From Rubripirellula sp. (GTDB taxonomy: Bacteria; Planctomycetota; Planctomycetia; Pirellulales; Pirellulaceae), in assembly GCA_965216875.1 (NCBI GenBank), contig OZ244207.1, forward strand, positions 4,416,001 through 4,480,000: DNA of 64,000 bases, written 5' to 3'. A program made the translations under genes and the position numbers. Under the pieces are notes generated by a model that saw only the letters and a list, made by a program, of their open reading frames with translations, was not told the DNA's origin and did not search any database. This document shows positions 1 through 9,800 of the stretch, piece by piece (positions within the stretch are counted from its first letter, which is position 1; the number at the start of each line of letters is the position of its first letter).

Positions 1-1071
1 GACCGAGCGAAAACGATTTGGCGGATGACGCACTTTTCTGCCGAACGTCTCACGAGCGAAACCACTGCGACCGGAATCAGCGTGCAAGTTGTCTCGCCTG
101 ATGCGGTCGAAGTCATCGTGCTGAGCGGTGATCCCGAAGTGGGCACGCGTTTGGCTCAATCAGCCAGTCGGTTTGGGCGGCAAGCGGGATTGGATCGTTG
201 GCAACTCGCAACGGAACTGGTTCGGCAAACACGAGATCAATGGAATTCAGCCGTTGGCATCCGCGCCGCCGATCGACCGTCGCCGACAAGCTTGCTGTCG
301 GTCGCCGAAAGCACCATGGACCAAGCCGAACCGCTCTACCGAGCCGGTGACATCGAGGCCAGTTTGCGAATGGCACGGCGGGCCGATGCTTGGGCCTTGC
401 GTTGCCAATGGCAGCTTTCCGAAGCACTGATGCCCGACTGGCCCAAACCGACGAGTTGCCCGCCCATGGATTGCGGCTGGGCAGACACTCAAATTGCCTG
501 GCGTCCGTTGATGAATGCGGGCGGTTGGGGAAAAAACGTGCTCAGCAGTGGAACGCTCGACACCCAAGCGATTGCCGAACGCTGGTCCTTTGGCAAGCGA
601 ATGGCCGGTCGCGTCGACAGTGAAGTGATGTTTGCATCACGCGGGACATTTCAAGGCACCGGGGCGCTGCGAGCTCGGGTCACTCCGCTTTCAGATGATC
701 CGTTGCCAGGTGGGTACGAAGGAACAGCCGTCCAAATCCGCAGCCCTTCGGTGAAGGTCCCCGCAGGCAAAGCGATCCGCCTCGACGCGATGGTTCGCAC
801 CCTTGGATTTGGCGGCGCGCACCAAGGCGTTCTTGTCTATGACACCGTTGGCGGACAAGAACTCGGCGTCCTTGTTCGCGGACGTTCCGACTGGACCCCC
901 GTTCGCCTTTACCGACAAACAATCGCCGAGACGGATGTCAGCGTGATGTTCGAACTGATCGGAGGTGGTGAAGTCACGATCGATGATGTCGAGTTTCGAA
1001 TCTGGGATCCCGATTCACAACAGCCACTCCCCCTGCGTCCCATCGCGCAAGGCGATTCGACGCTGAGGTAG
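1..1071 (+). CDS. Hypothetical protein, 5'-truncated by the window edge; C-terminal part may be a carbohydrate-binding-like beta-sandwich
   Basis: Frame is open from base 1 to the stop at 1069-1071; protein-like composition; C-terminal W-x-x-V and IDDV-type motifs. Confidence 0.7.
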   Translation, partial: DRAKTIWRMTHFSAERLTSETTATGISVQVVSPDAVEVIVLSGDPEVGTRLAQSASRFGRQAGLDRWQLATELVRQTRDQWNSAVGIRAADRPSPTSLLSVAESTMDQAEPLYRAGDIEASLRMARRADAWALRCQWQLSEALMPDWPKPTSCPPMDCGWADTQIAWRPLMNAGGWGKNVLSSGTLDTQAIAERWSFGKRMAGRVDSEVMFASRGTFQGTGALRARVTPLSDDPLPGGYEGTAVQIRSPSVKVPAGKAIRLDAMVRTLGFGGAHQGVLVYDTVGGQELGVLVRGRSDWTPVRLYRQTIAETDVSVMFELIGGGEVTIDDVEFRIWDPDSQQPLPLRPIAQGDSTLR

Positions 1072-1099
1072 TGAGCGACAGGTCGCTCGTAACGCCGAA

Positions 1100-1281
1100 G
1101 GTGCGTGCAACCACGGCACCCAACGAGGTGTGCCCTTCCTGTAGGGTGTGTGCTTGCACGCACCAATCTTCGTCCGCGACGAGTCGCTCGTCGTGGACGA
1201 GGCTACGAGTCCGCAATGTGCGAATCAATGGGGCAAAGACGCGTGCAATCACAGACGGTGCGTGCAAGCACGGCACCCTAC
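1100..1281. repeat. Cluster of three REP-like palindromes, family R1 (GTAGGGTGTGTGCTTGCACGCACC and reverse complement)
   Basis: Copies at 1100-1124 (rev), 1141-1164 (fwd) and 1257-1281 (rev); 5' GTAG followed by an imperfect palindrome; recurs at 6.7, 21.8 and 36.1 kb. Confidence 0.85.
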
Positions 1282-1387
1282 GAGGTAGACAGATCAACGC
1301 CCACACTTTGCATGTGCACATTGGGAAGGTGATAATGCGCTTCCGAAGCCAACTTCTCCTCTCGTCCCTTCAATGCCCGCCGCAGCC

Positions 1388-1600
1388 ATGCAACAAGTCA
1401 AGATCTTCAAAAGTGTCGACACCGAAATCCAAGAGCTCGAGCGACAAATCAATCGTTGGATGCGAAAATCGGGCGCCCGGGTGCTGTCGATTACTGGCAA
1501 CCTCGCCAGCCAAAACGCGACTGGGACCGGGATGAATTCATTCGCGGCAGGTGACGTGTTGATCATCGTCCATTACGACATCGACCCGCCGACCAAATGA
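1388..1600 (+). CDS. Small hypothetical protein (MQQVKIFKSVDTEIQELERQINRW...)
   Basis: Compact beta-alpha-beta-like amphipathic pattern; ATG at 1388. Confidence 0.7.
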   Translation: MQQVKIFKSVDTEIQELERQINRWMRKSGARVLSITGNLASQNATGTGMNSFAAGDVLIIVHYDIDPPTK

Positions 1601-1723
1601 GCCAGCCTCTTTGCAAGGACGACCAAAAAGAAAATCACCAGATGCGCGAACCACCCTTGGTGGGTAAGAGTCCTTCTCTGCAGCGTTGGCTTCAGCTTCG
1701 TCGGCCAACGCCACAAATTTCTC

Positions 1724-1752
1724 TTGCCTGCCGCTTGGCAGACGGAGATAAT
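1724..1752 (+). promoter_or_regulatory. Putative sigma70 promoter TTGCCT-17nt-GATAAT
   Basis: Near-consensus -35 and -10 boxes with exact 17-nt spacing, upstream of the sORF and terminator. Confidence 0.5.
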
Positions 1753-1870
1753 GTGAGTGTCGGATCGCGATGACGCGTCGCGATGGACCCCTTCCGCACG
1801 ACCCCTTGCTCGCTCTGGTTGGCACCTGAGCTTGGCGTCGTCAAATCGAATTAGCAAAGGAGGTGACCAA

Positions 1871-1912
1871 GTGGATTATTGCTGTACTTGCCAACGGGGT
1901 GGTAACCCGTAG
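1871..1912 (+). CDS. Putative 13-aa sORF MDYCCTCQRGGNP with extended Shine-Dalgarno
   Basis: AAAGGAGGTGA at 1856-1866, GTG at 1871 (7 nt after GGAGG), TAG at 1910-1912. Confidence 0.45.
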   Translation: MDYCCTCQRGGNP

Positions 1913-1987
1913 TTTTAGTCGGCGGGCCGATGCCTCGGGCATGGCCACCCCACTCGCGATCATCTATTGCGATAACGCGAGATACAC

Positions 1988-2029
1988 GCCCGTGTGTGAG
2001 ATTACCTTGGTCTCACATGCGGGTTTTTT
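1988..2029 (+). terminator. Intrinsic terminator
   Basis: CCCGTGTGTGAGA/TCTCACATGCGGG hairpin followed by T6. Confidence 0.8.
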
Positions 2030-2357
2030 CATGCGCCCAGCAAGCCGTGTTCGCGATGGACAATCACACCCCACAAACGGGCCACTAGGACCACGAGAGC
2101 AACCTTAGCGGGGGTATTCGAAACCGGCCTTTACATGGGGGGACCGAATCGTAGAAGACATCGCCTGCCAGCGGGCAGGTTGGCTCGATTCGCCCTTGTG
2201 GTCACTTGCCCGCCGGTTTGTCGGCGGAGGTGACCGGGTCGCCTGTGCCCCAGTGGCCCTCCCTTCGTCGACGCTTTTTCTATCTGTCCGGCCCGACTCC
2301 TCATCAACCGAGCGGGCCAATGCCTGGATTCAGCTCAAACAGCCGCGCTGCGCGCAC

Positions 2358-2388
2358 AAAAAAAGCGTGTGCCTGGTTCGCACACGCT
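2358..2388 (-). terminator. Intrinsic terminator of the 3336->2415 gene pair
   Basis: AGCGTGTGC/GCACACGCT stem; the plus-strand A-run reads as a T-run on the minus strand, just after the stop at 2415. Confidence 0.75.
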
Positions 2389-2414
2389 CGATGTCGTTTC
2401 CCGCTTGGCGATCG

Positions 2415-2747
2415 CTATCGCTTCAAGACGGAATGTTGTTCCGAGATATGGATTTCAGTCGTAGGATAGCCGCCGCCTCCCATCCCGTATGAGCATTCTT
2501 GCCAGGCCTCATACGCTTCATCGTATGCAAGCTCGGCTTGAACCAAGTCATTGTGAGCCTGAATCATTGCGTTGTACTCGGCGGAGCACTCACCGCTTGC
2601 GACGGCCTCATTCGCCCCCGGAAACAACGCTCTCGGTCCTCGATTCTGTTGCCCCGTCTTGTCCCCCATCAGACTGTTGGAGACGACGGTACCGAGCGTC
2701 AAGGTCGCGACGAAGAAGGTCGCGGTTTTCAAGATATTCTTTGACAC
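2415..2747 (-). CDS. Small exported hypothetical protein, helical, with a Cys pair
   Basis: GTG at 2747; signal-like N-terminus MSKNILKTATFFVATLTLGTVVS; followed by a terminator. Confidence 0.55.
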   Translation of the reverse strand: MSKNILKTATFFVATLTLGTVVSNSLMGDKTGQQNRGPRALFPGANEAVASGECSAEYNAMIQAHNDLVQAELAYDEAYEAWQECSYGMGGGGYPTTEIHISEQHSVLKR

Positions 2748-3336
2748 GTTCAGGCCCCACTTCCTTGAAAAGGTCTTTAGTTTCACTTAATCGGTGCCGT
2801 TCAGGGTTACCATCGATGAACTCTCGTTCCTTCTTAATTCGAGCTACACGTTTCTCGTGTATTCGAATTCCGCGGATGGTACTCACCTCTTCCGGCGTCA
2901 GTGCTACTCCATCGACCATGGGGACAGTGGGGGTTGAAAGATATTTTCCAATTGCGCAAAGAAACGTGACTAGGACGATTATTCCGCTTGCGAGCAACGC
3001 GAACCGGACACCCCGTTGCGGGGGCACATTCCCCTGCTGCTCTTCCGGCAGCGCCGCGTTTTCTTCGCTCCATTCTCCGTGATTGATCTCTTCGCGAAGG
3101 TCAGCGAGTTCACGTCGAACGACCTTCACTTCGATCGCTTCGCCCGTTTCGATCAAGTGCCTTCGCCACTCGCCGAAGAGCATATAGCTTTCGAGGGTGT
3201 TGTGCTTCCCGAAGTAGTAGGGGCGCCGCAGCCAATTCACTCGAGCGCTACCCTTGCCATCAGGCTTGGCGGGATAGCTCAGCTTGATCGCCTTGCTCTT
3301 GAGATCCTCGTCAACTTGAATCGTGTCAGTGCTCAT
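2608..3336 (-). CDS. Single-pass membrane protein with an N-terminal domain resembling planctomycete integrase N-terminal (arm-binding-like) domains
   Basis: SYPAKPDGKGSARVNWLRRPYYFGKHNTLESY motif; TM segment FALLASGIIVLVTFLCAIG. Confidence 0.65.
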   Translation of the reverse strand: MSTDTIQVDEDLKSKAIKLSYPAKPDGKGSARVNWLRRPYYFGKHNTLESYMLFGEWRRHLIETGEAIEVKVVRRELADLREEINHGEWSEENAALPEEQQGNVPPQRGVRFALLASGIIVLVTFLCAIGKYLSTPTVPMVDGVALTPEEVSTIRGIRIHEKRVARIKKEREFIDGNPERHRLSETKDLFKEVGPERVKEYLENRDLLRRDLDARYRRLQQSDGGQDGATESRTESVVSGGE

Positions 3337-3548
3337 AGGAAAGGGCGTGGTGAATCGTGGTGAAACGGGCGTGATGAGCCGCAGTGAATTCGTTATTTAC
3401 GTGATTTTCAGGTATTGAATCTGGTTTCGGCTACCGCTATCCTGCCACCAGAGTAAGGGAGTCATTCTCACCGCAAGTCCTCCATCTTGATTCGCTCATA
3501 ACCATTTAACCAGCCTCGCCATCGATTGATTAAGAACTGAGCAGACAC

Positions 3549-3622
3549 AAAAAAAGCCACGCCATCAGGATCGAGACGATCTCCATAATGCCCCAATGGA
3601 TCTCTCGTCCTGATGGCATGGC
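3549..3622 (-). terminator. Long terminator/attenuator-like hairpin about 210 nt upstream of the 3336 start
   Basis: GCCACGCCATCAGGA...TCCTGATGGCATGGC arms with T7 on the minus strand. Confidence 0.6.
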
Positions 3623-3908
3623 GTATTAGGTGCATCCTTGTGAACATCTGATGAAGTGCCCTTCTCAGATAATCTGCCTGCCAGTCGCCACTTGGGCGAT
3701 ACGTGATCGTGTAACGCAAACGAATCGCATCAACTCCAAAATGAGTGAGCCGATTTGTTTTGACCGCAGCCTTTTAGGGTTGCGGTCCTTCTACAAATTC
3801 ACGCACGAAATGACTGACTCACAATAAGCGGTTCACAGTCACCCTGTCAAGGAATTGGGTGGCAGTCATCCGTGCATATCCCACCGAGCATAGTGCGCAT
3901 TTTCCAGT

Positions 3909-3982
3909 CGCGGTGACCCTGCACGTTGGTAGCGCACGGTGACCCGCACGTGGGTAGCGCGCGGTAATCCGCACGTTGGTAG
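3909..3982. repeat. Three tandem ~25-bp direct repeats (CGCGGTGACCCGCACGTTGGTAG-like)
   Basis: Units at 3909-3932, 3933-3957 and 3958-3982. Confidence 0.85.
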
Positions 3983-4218
3983 ATGGAACAACTCTGCCAC
4001 CTATGGGGTACTCAACAAAAGGGCAAGCATTCTGGCGATCCATCGAGTCAGTCGACGCGTAGAAGAGATGCCTTCTCGCCTGAGTTGCAATCATAAGAAT
4101 CGTTGCAATCGAACGTCACCAGCAGAAGCGGTGACCAAATTGTCCGTTGACGCCGATGCGGGAAACGACCGCATGACTACAATGGAGTCGATGCTATTTC
4201 TTTCCTGCGGGGTCTCGC

Positions 4219-4452
4219 ATGCAGCAGTTCATTGAGTTGACCGGAAAAACCTTGCTTGATGTCGTCAATGAAGGCGAGATCGACTTCAAGCAATTGCACG
4301 ATGCGGGCGTCACGGGTGACTCCATTCTGCGCATCAACAAGCATGGCGAAATCGAACTGCGTTGCCGTTCTCAATGGACGCTCGTTGGCGGCTTGATCGG
4401 AAATTTTGAAGAACGGTTGATGAATTTGACCGGTCTTGATTGGTGCGAATGA
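4219..4452 (+). CDS. Small hypothetical protein
   Basis: 77 aa globular-looking ORF with ATG start. Confidence 0.7.
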   Translation: MQQFIELTGKTLLDVVNEGEIDFKQLHDAGVTGDSILRINKHGEIELRCRSQWTLVGGLIGNFEERLMNLTGLDWCE

Positions 4453-4474
4453 GCGGCTGAGCCGCGATCGGGCC

Positions 4475-4636
4475 TGAGCCGAACGCGCTAGCGTCGGGCC
4501 CGAGGAAATGGCCAAGAGAGTGCAAGGCCCAACGCTAGCGCGTTCGGCTCACGAAGTACTAACATCGCGCGGACCGCATGAAGATTCCGGCCAATGCTCG
4601 GTACTCGGACGCTACTTTCGCGGAGCGAAAGGCGAC
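4475..4636. repeat. REP-like family R2 inverted pair (TGAGCCGAACGCGCTAGCGTCGGGCC) plus CTACTTTCGCGGAGCGAAAGGCGAC palindrome
   Basis: R2 at 4475-4500 and 4526-4552; related copies at 14329, 30121 and 55709. Confidence 0.8.
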
Positions 4637-4641
4637 ATTGA

Positions 4642-5484
4642 TCACAGTCGAGCGGCGTTCAGTTGCGACAGGCTTGCCTGCCATTGCAAGATGCGGTCCT
4701 CGCAAAGTGTCGAAGTGCGATCGTGGGTACAAACGTCGCCGCGGACACCAATACAGCTTGGTGGAAAACGCAGCCTTGCGATCACATCAAGCTGATCGAG
4801 TCGAATCGAGCCAGCGAGCGCCCACCAGAGACCTAGCTCGGAACATAAACCTCCGATCTTGGACAAACGCTCGAGATCGAAGTGGTCGAGTGTTGATCGG
4901 CCATCCTTCGTGAACGTGTCGATCAAACAACGCTTCAAGCCCGCTTTCTCTGCTTCGACAATGATGTCTTCGACGGGCATGCAATCGGCAGGCGACGAAT
5001 CGGCGTAGGCAACGGCAACCAGCTCGGTTGCCTCGAGCTCTGAACGCACATCGGCCCAAAGCTGCTGAAGCTGCTGGCCATTTCGACACTGCGATGGCCC
5101 CGCTTTCGCAAACGAGAACGGCTCGGGAATCTGGTCCACGATAGCGCGTGCTTGCTCGGCTTCACCAAGAGCGGCCGAAAGGACAACGCCGTTTTCTACG
5201 GAATCGGAAAAGTCAGCAACATCGCGCCAAATTGCCGATTCGACCGGCGCAAGCGGTCCCTCATGCGGCTCTTTCAGGTCAACAATATCGACACCCGCCG
5301 AAATTGCGACGCGTGCCTCGGAAAGATCACGCACACTTACCAATAGCTGGATCGCAGGAACATTGTGGGATTTCCCACCCTCCCTTTGAGGCTCCCACGG
5401 CTGTTCCTTTGCGCAATCCCCCTCCACTGACTCGCCTACGGCGGATTCACTTGAGTTCCCGGTGCGAGTTCTTATCGTTTTCAT
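4642..5484 (-). CDS. mfnB: (5-formylfuran-3-yl)methyl phosphate synthase family (DUF556), methanofuran biosynthesis; true start may be downstream
   Basis: LLVSVRDLSEA...GVDIVDLKEPHEGPL, VAVAYAD, LIDTFTKDG, ALAGS and IGVRG motifs. Confidence 0.85.
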   Translation of the reverse strand: MKTIRTRTGNSSESAVGESVEGDCAKEQPWEPQREGGKSHNVPAIQLLVSVRDLSEARVAISAGVDIVDLKEPHEGPLAPVESAIWRDVADFSDSVENGVVLSAALGEAEQARAIVDQIPEPFSFAKAGPSQCRNGQQLQQLWADVRSELEATELVAVAYADSSPADCMPVEDIIVEAEKAGLKRCLIDTFTKDGRSTLDHFDLERLSKIGGLCSELGLWWALAGSIRLDQLDVIARLRFPPSCIGVRGDVCTHDRTSTLCEDRILQWQASLSQLNAARL

Positions 5485-5557
5485 GCGGATAGGCGAGATG
5501 CGGCGAGCAAGTTAAAGTCGTGTCTATTGTCTGCGTCTGATTTCCCAAAGCGTAACG

Positions 5558-6733
5558 TTGCAATACGAGTCCATAAACACCGCCGAGCATTTGCAGGAGT
5601 TCTGCGAAAAGCTGCGGCCCTGCGCGCTGATCGGCTTCGACACCGAGTTCGTTTCCGAGGACAGCTATCGTCCCAAGCTGTGTCTGCTGCAGGTCGCTGC
5701 CGGTGACCACCTCGCGATCATTGACCCAATGCCGGTTGATGAAACATTGCCGTTTTGGGAGCTGCTGACCGAACCGGGCCGAGTCGTGATCGCACATGCC
5801 GCTCGCGAAGAAGTTCGATTCTGCTTCCGCTACACGGGAAAGCCAATCGCTGGCTTGTTCGATACCCAGCTTGCCGCAGGTTTTGTCGGGATGGAATACC
5901 CAGCGTCCCTGGGGACGCTGGTGCAACGCCTGCTCAGCAAGAGCCTGCCCAAGGGTGAAACGAGAACCAACTGGGGTCGCCGCCCGCTCACTCGCGACCA
6001 AATCACCTATGCCTTGCACGACGTCACCGATCTCGAGGTGATGTACGAGAAACTCTCGAAGATGGTCGACGAGCTTCAGCGGCAGAGCTGGCTCGCCGAA
6101 GAAACGGAGATCTTTCAACAGAAAGTGATCGACGGCGAGACACGCGAGAACTGGCGGCGCGTGAGTGGCTGTTCTGGTTTGAACCCGCGGCAACTTGAAA
6201 CCGTCCGCCAGCTTTGGCTGTGGCGTGAAGAACAAGCCAAACAACGCGATCGTTTGCCCCGACGTGTGATGCGTGACGACCTGATTGTCGAACTGGCGCG
6301 TCGAGGTTCGGCGGACCCGAAGAAGATCCGCGGCATTCGAGGTATGGAACGTCGCGGCTACAACGACCACTACGATGACATCTCGGACGCGATCCAGCAG
6401 GCGCTCGACACGCCAGATGACCAACTGCCCACGCGACCACGTGGTTCACGCCGCGTCGTTTCGCCGATGCTAAGTCAATTCCTTTCGACGTCGATCGCAT
6501 GCATCAGTCGCCAACACAAGCTTGCACCGCCGATCGTTGGCAATGCAGACGACGTTCGCGAGCTCTTGGGCTATGAACTCGATCGTCGCTCGAGCGACCC
6601 CGAACCTTCGTTGCTCAAAGGTTGGCGCGGCGAGATTGTCGGCAAAACGTTTCGACAGATCCTTGCCGGCGAACTCGCGATTCGCGTGGCCGATGTCAAA
6701 GAGACCCAGCCGCTCGAGTTCATTAAGCCTTAG
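5558..6733 (+). CDS. rnd: Ribonuclease D (DEDD 3'-5' exonuclease plus HRDC)
   Basis: FDTEF, LCLLQ, FDTQLAA, RPLT..QITYALHDV and LWLWREEQAK..D motifs. Confidence 0.92.
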   Translation: MQYESINTAEHLQEFCEKLRPCALIGFDTEFVSEDSYRPKLCLLQVAAGDHLAIIDPMPVDETLPFWELLTEPGRVVIAHAAREEVRFCFRYTGKPIAGLFDTQLAAGFVGMEYPASLGTLVQRLLSKSLPKGETRTNWGRRPLTRDQITYALHDVTDLEVMYEKLSKMVDELQRQSWLAEETEIFQQKVIDGETRENWRRVSGCSGLNPRQLETVRQLWLWREEQAKQRDRLPRRVMRDDLIVELARRGSADPKKIRGIRGMERRGYNDHYDDISDAIQQALDTPDDQLPTRPRGSRRVVSPMLSQFLSTSIACISRQHKLAPPIVGNADDVRELLGYELDRRSSDPEPSLLKGWRGEIVGKTFRQILAGELAIRVADVKETQPLEFIKP

Positions 6734-6740
6734 CATAGAA

Positions 6741-6797
6741 GGTGCGTGCAAGCACGGCACCCTACGTTTTCGTGTAGGGTGTGTGCTTGCACGCACC
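6741..6797. repeat. REP-like R1 inverted pair
   Basis: Copies at 6741-6765 (rev) and 6774-6797 (fwd). Confidence 0.85.
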
Positions 6798-6819
6798 GAT
6801 CTTCAAACGATCGGCTCAC

Positions 6820-6874
6820 AAAAAAAAACGGTAGCTGGCCTCTTCTTTCGAAAAGGCTTCGCTACCGTCTTCTT
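6820..6874. terminator. Bidirectional terminator between convergent rnd and the DUF11 gene
   Basis: A-run, then ACGGTAGC...GCTACCGT, then TCTTCTT. Confidence 0.65.
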
Positions 6875-6897
6875 GCCCCGTGATTGGTTTCGCAGCA

Positions 6898-9800
6898 CTA
6901 CTTGTTGCTGCTGTCCGAACTGCGACGGCTGACCCGCTCGCTGCTCGCACTGACATAATGCGTCGCTTCCTCAGCGACCAAGACCGTGTCGCCCGCACGC
7001 ACTTCGGTACGGAAGCGGTGATGGCCACCCCGATCGGCCTTGGCAATCACTCGCATGCGGATCTCTTGGCCTGGTGCGATGCGAGGAATGGCATCGAACA
7101 GGACTTGACCGGTCACCACTTCACCACTTTGGCCTTCGATCCGTTGAGGTTCGATGCCGTGGCTGAATTGTGCAACGGTTTGAACATCCGTCGCTTCCTT
7201 GCTTCCGCGGTTGCGAACGACAATCTCGTAAGTCACGTCCGAACCGATGGGTGCCGGTGCGGTTGGGTCGCTGACCGAAAGGACGAGGTCTGCAATCGAC
7301 TCGACGCGAGTGGCGATGGCCACGCTGGCTTTCCCTGCCGCACTGCCACGACATTGGAAAGCAAACTGATGTTGGCCAGGTGCGTCCATGTTGCAGCGGA
7401 ACTGGTAGCTTCGGGTCGCCCCCGGAGCAAGTGACTCGATTTCCCAACGCAGGTCTTGGCCGCGAAGTTGAGCACCGTCGATGCCGCCCAAGTAAGTCGC
7501 ACCGGTTGGCAATCGCAGACTTGCTGAGATCTTTTCACTTGTTGCCGATCCAGTGTTTTGAACCTGCAAGTTGTAAGCCGACTCGGTGTTTTGATAACGC
7601 AGTTCGGGGCCGGTCAAAACGGCTTCCAGCTTCGCAGACGAAACTCGAATCGTCTTGGCAGCTTCGGCACGCAGTTCCAGGTCGCCTGATGCCAAACCGT
7701 GGATCTTCAGATCACCCAAGTCTTGAGCGGTCAGTTCGACTTCGAACTGTGCTTCCTTGCCTGGAGGGATATCACCGATACGTTGCGTTTGAGGCGTCGC
7801 CGAATTGGGCGAAAGCGTAAAGACCACGTTGGGTGCGATTCCGTCGCCAGGGTTCAGCACGCGAACCTTGTAGGTTTGTGACTTGCCAAAGACGACTTCA
7901 TCGGGTCCATCGATGCTCAAGCCCAGCTTGGGCTCATGCACTTGAACCTTGGCAATGTTCTTTTGTGGAACGAGCGTCCAATCGACATCCAAGTCGTAAG
8001 TACCGCTTCGCTCGGCTCGTAGTTGCAGACTCATCCGCTCGGAAGCACCTGCGGGAAGTTGATCGATCGTCCAGACCAATCGCTTGCTGGTGCCCTGCGT
8101 TTGAGCTTCGATGTTGCCGCGAGTCGAGTTTTGACCCTTGAGCTCAGCCCAATCAGGAACCAAAGCACGCACCATCAAGCCTTCGGCTGCGATCGAGCCG
8201 CGGTTTTCGACGATGATCTCGTACGGGTTGGTTTGGCGAATCATCACAGCACTGGGGCCGTTGGTGACCACGCGGATGCCCGGCAACTCGCTGGCAACTC
8301 GGCTTGCGCCTTGAATGCCAAGGTTGTTTCGCATTTGATTGCGAGCGTCAAAGTTGGACGACGCAAAGTTGTCCGCGGTTTCCGTCACGGCTGGCGAACC
8401 AGCAGCGTTGCCACGAATCGCATGCATCGGCACCGTTGCGTTTTCACGCGTTGGCACCGAGGGACGTGCGGGTCGTTGTGCGACTCGCTCGGCGGGTGCC
8501 GCGATCGGTTGACCGGTGGTGCTCAAACGCCCGGGTGCGGGCGAAGGAGCGCCGAGTTGTGGTGTGGCAGGTGTCGCTGCATAAGGATCGTAGTTTGGAG
8601 CGGTCTGTTGAGGAGGCTGCAACTGAGCGACATTCGATTCGGCTTGCGTCGATGGCAAGGCAATGCCCGAGCCAACGGGTGCCGACGAATCGTATTGAGG
8701 TGCCGGTGCATCAAACTGGCTTTGTTTGGGATCGACGGGTGCAAAAGCTGCTTGAGGTGGCCCGCTGCGGTGTCCAACCGACATCGACGGTGTGCCAGTC
8801 GATGGTTTCGCGGATGCTGCGATTTGCGGTGTTGGCACGGCCGGTTCGTTGTACGTCGGTTGTGCCTTAGGAGCAGCAAGCGATGTGCTCGGAGCTTGTT
8901 CTGGTTGAGCGGCGGCAACCTCTTTGGTCGCGGCCGGTGCAGGTGCCAGTGCTGGCGACTCGGTCTTGGGTAGCGACTTGCGTGCAACCTTCTCTGGCGC
9001 TGCTGCTGGTGTCGGTGCCGGTTTCTTGGCAATCTTTGGCTCAGGTTTGGCCACTTCGATACGTCGGCGTGAAACCTTTGGAACCAAATCATCCGACTGG
9101 TCCTCGACCGGCGTCAGTGATGCGCGGCCTGCGGCGGCCAATTCCGATGCGTCCAACCCACCAATCGATCGGCGATCGCCACGACGGCTGCTTGACGAAC
9201 CGGACGACAAGACACTCGGTCGACTCGGAATCGGTGCTGCCAAGGTGGGAACTTTTGACGCTGGTCTTGGTGCCGCGATGCTTGGTGAAGGTTTCGCTGC
9301 CAGAGTCGGCTGACGACGAACCGATGCGGGTTTCGCATCGATCGTTCGCGAGGAACCACCGCGGATGATTCGAGTTCCGCCGTTGGATGCAACCTCGGTT
9401 TGGTCAGGATCCGAAATCGGCGAACTGTTCGATCGCGAGTTTTGGTTTTTCGAAACGTTGTGGTAGGGAATACCGTCCCAGTTCTCGGCATCGCTGCGAC
9501 CGTGGTGTGCGGCCGATTGCTTGTGGCTCGAGTGGGCGTGAGTCGAATGGGCGCGACTCGGTTGACTCTTGTGGTTGTGCGTTTGTTTGTTGTTCGAGCT
9601 GGTCGATTTCTTTGCCGTTGACTTCTTGAAGAAGCCGTCGAGCAAACCACGTGGCGCGTCCTTTTTCTCCGGCTGCTTTTTCTGCGCCGAATGGTTGTGG
9701 TTGCTACGATTTTGGCTGGTCTGGCTCGATGCCTTGTTGCTCTCTTTCGAGCTGCCGAACCCGCTGAAGATCCCCATCGGCCGCGAAGACGTTCGCGATC

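Noticed and set aside
1856..1870. Fragment of a 16S rRNA gene 3' end on the minus strand
   Set aside because: The match is limited to the 11-nt anti-SD complement; the flanks do not resemble rRNA.
2608..3336. Functional integrase or prophage boundary
   Set aside because: No R-H-R-Y catalytic domain or phage genes; the protein has a TM helix instead.
3646..3675. Hammerhead ribozyme (CTGATGA core)
   Set aside because: No correctly placed GAAA after a stem II; the motif is simply part of a hairpin.
3909..3982. Mini-CRISPR
   Set aside because: The repeats are directly abutting with no spacers.
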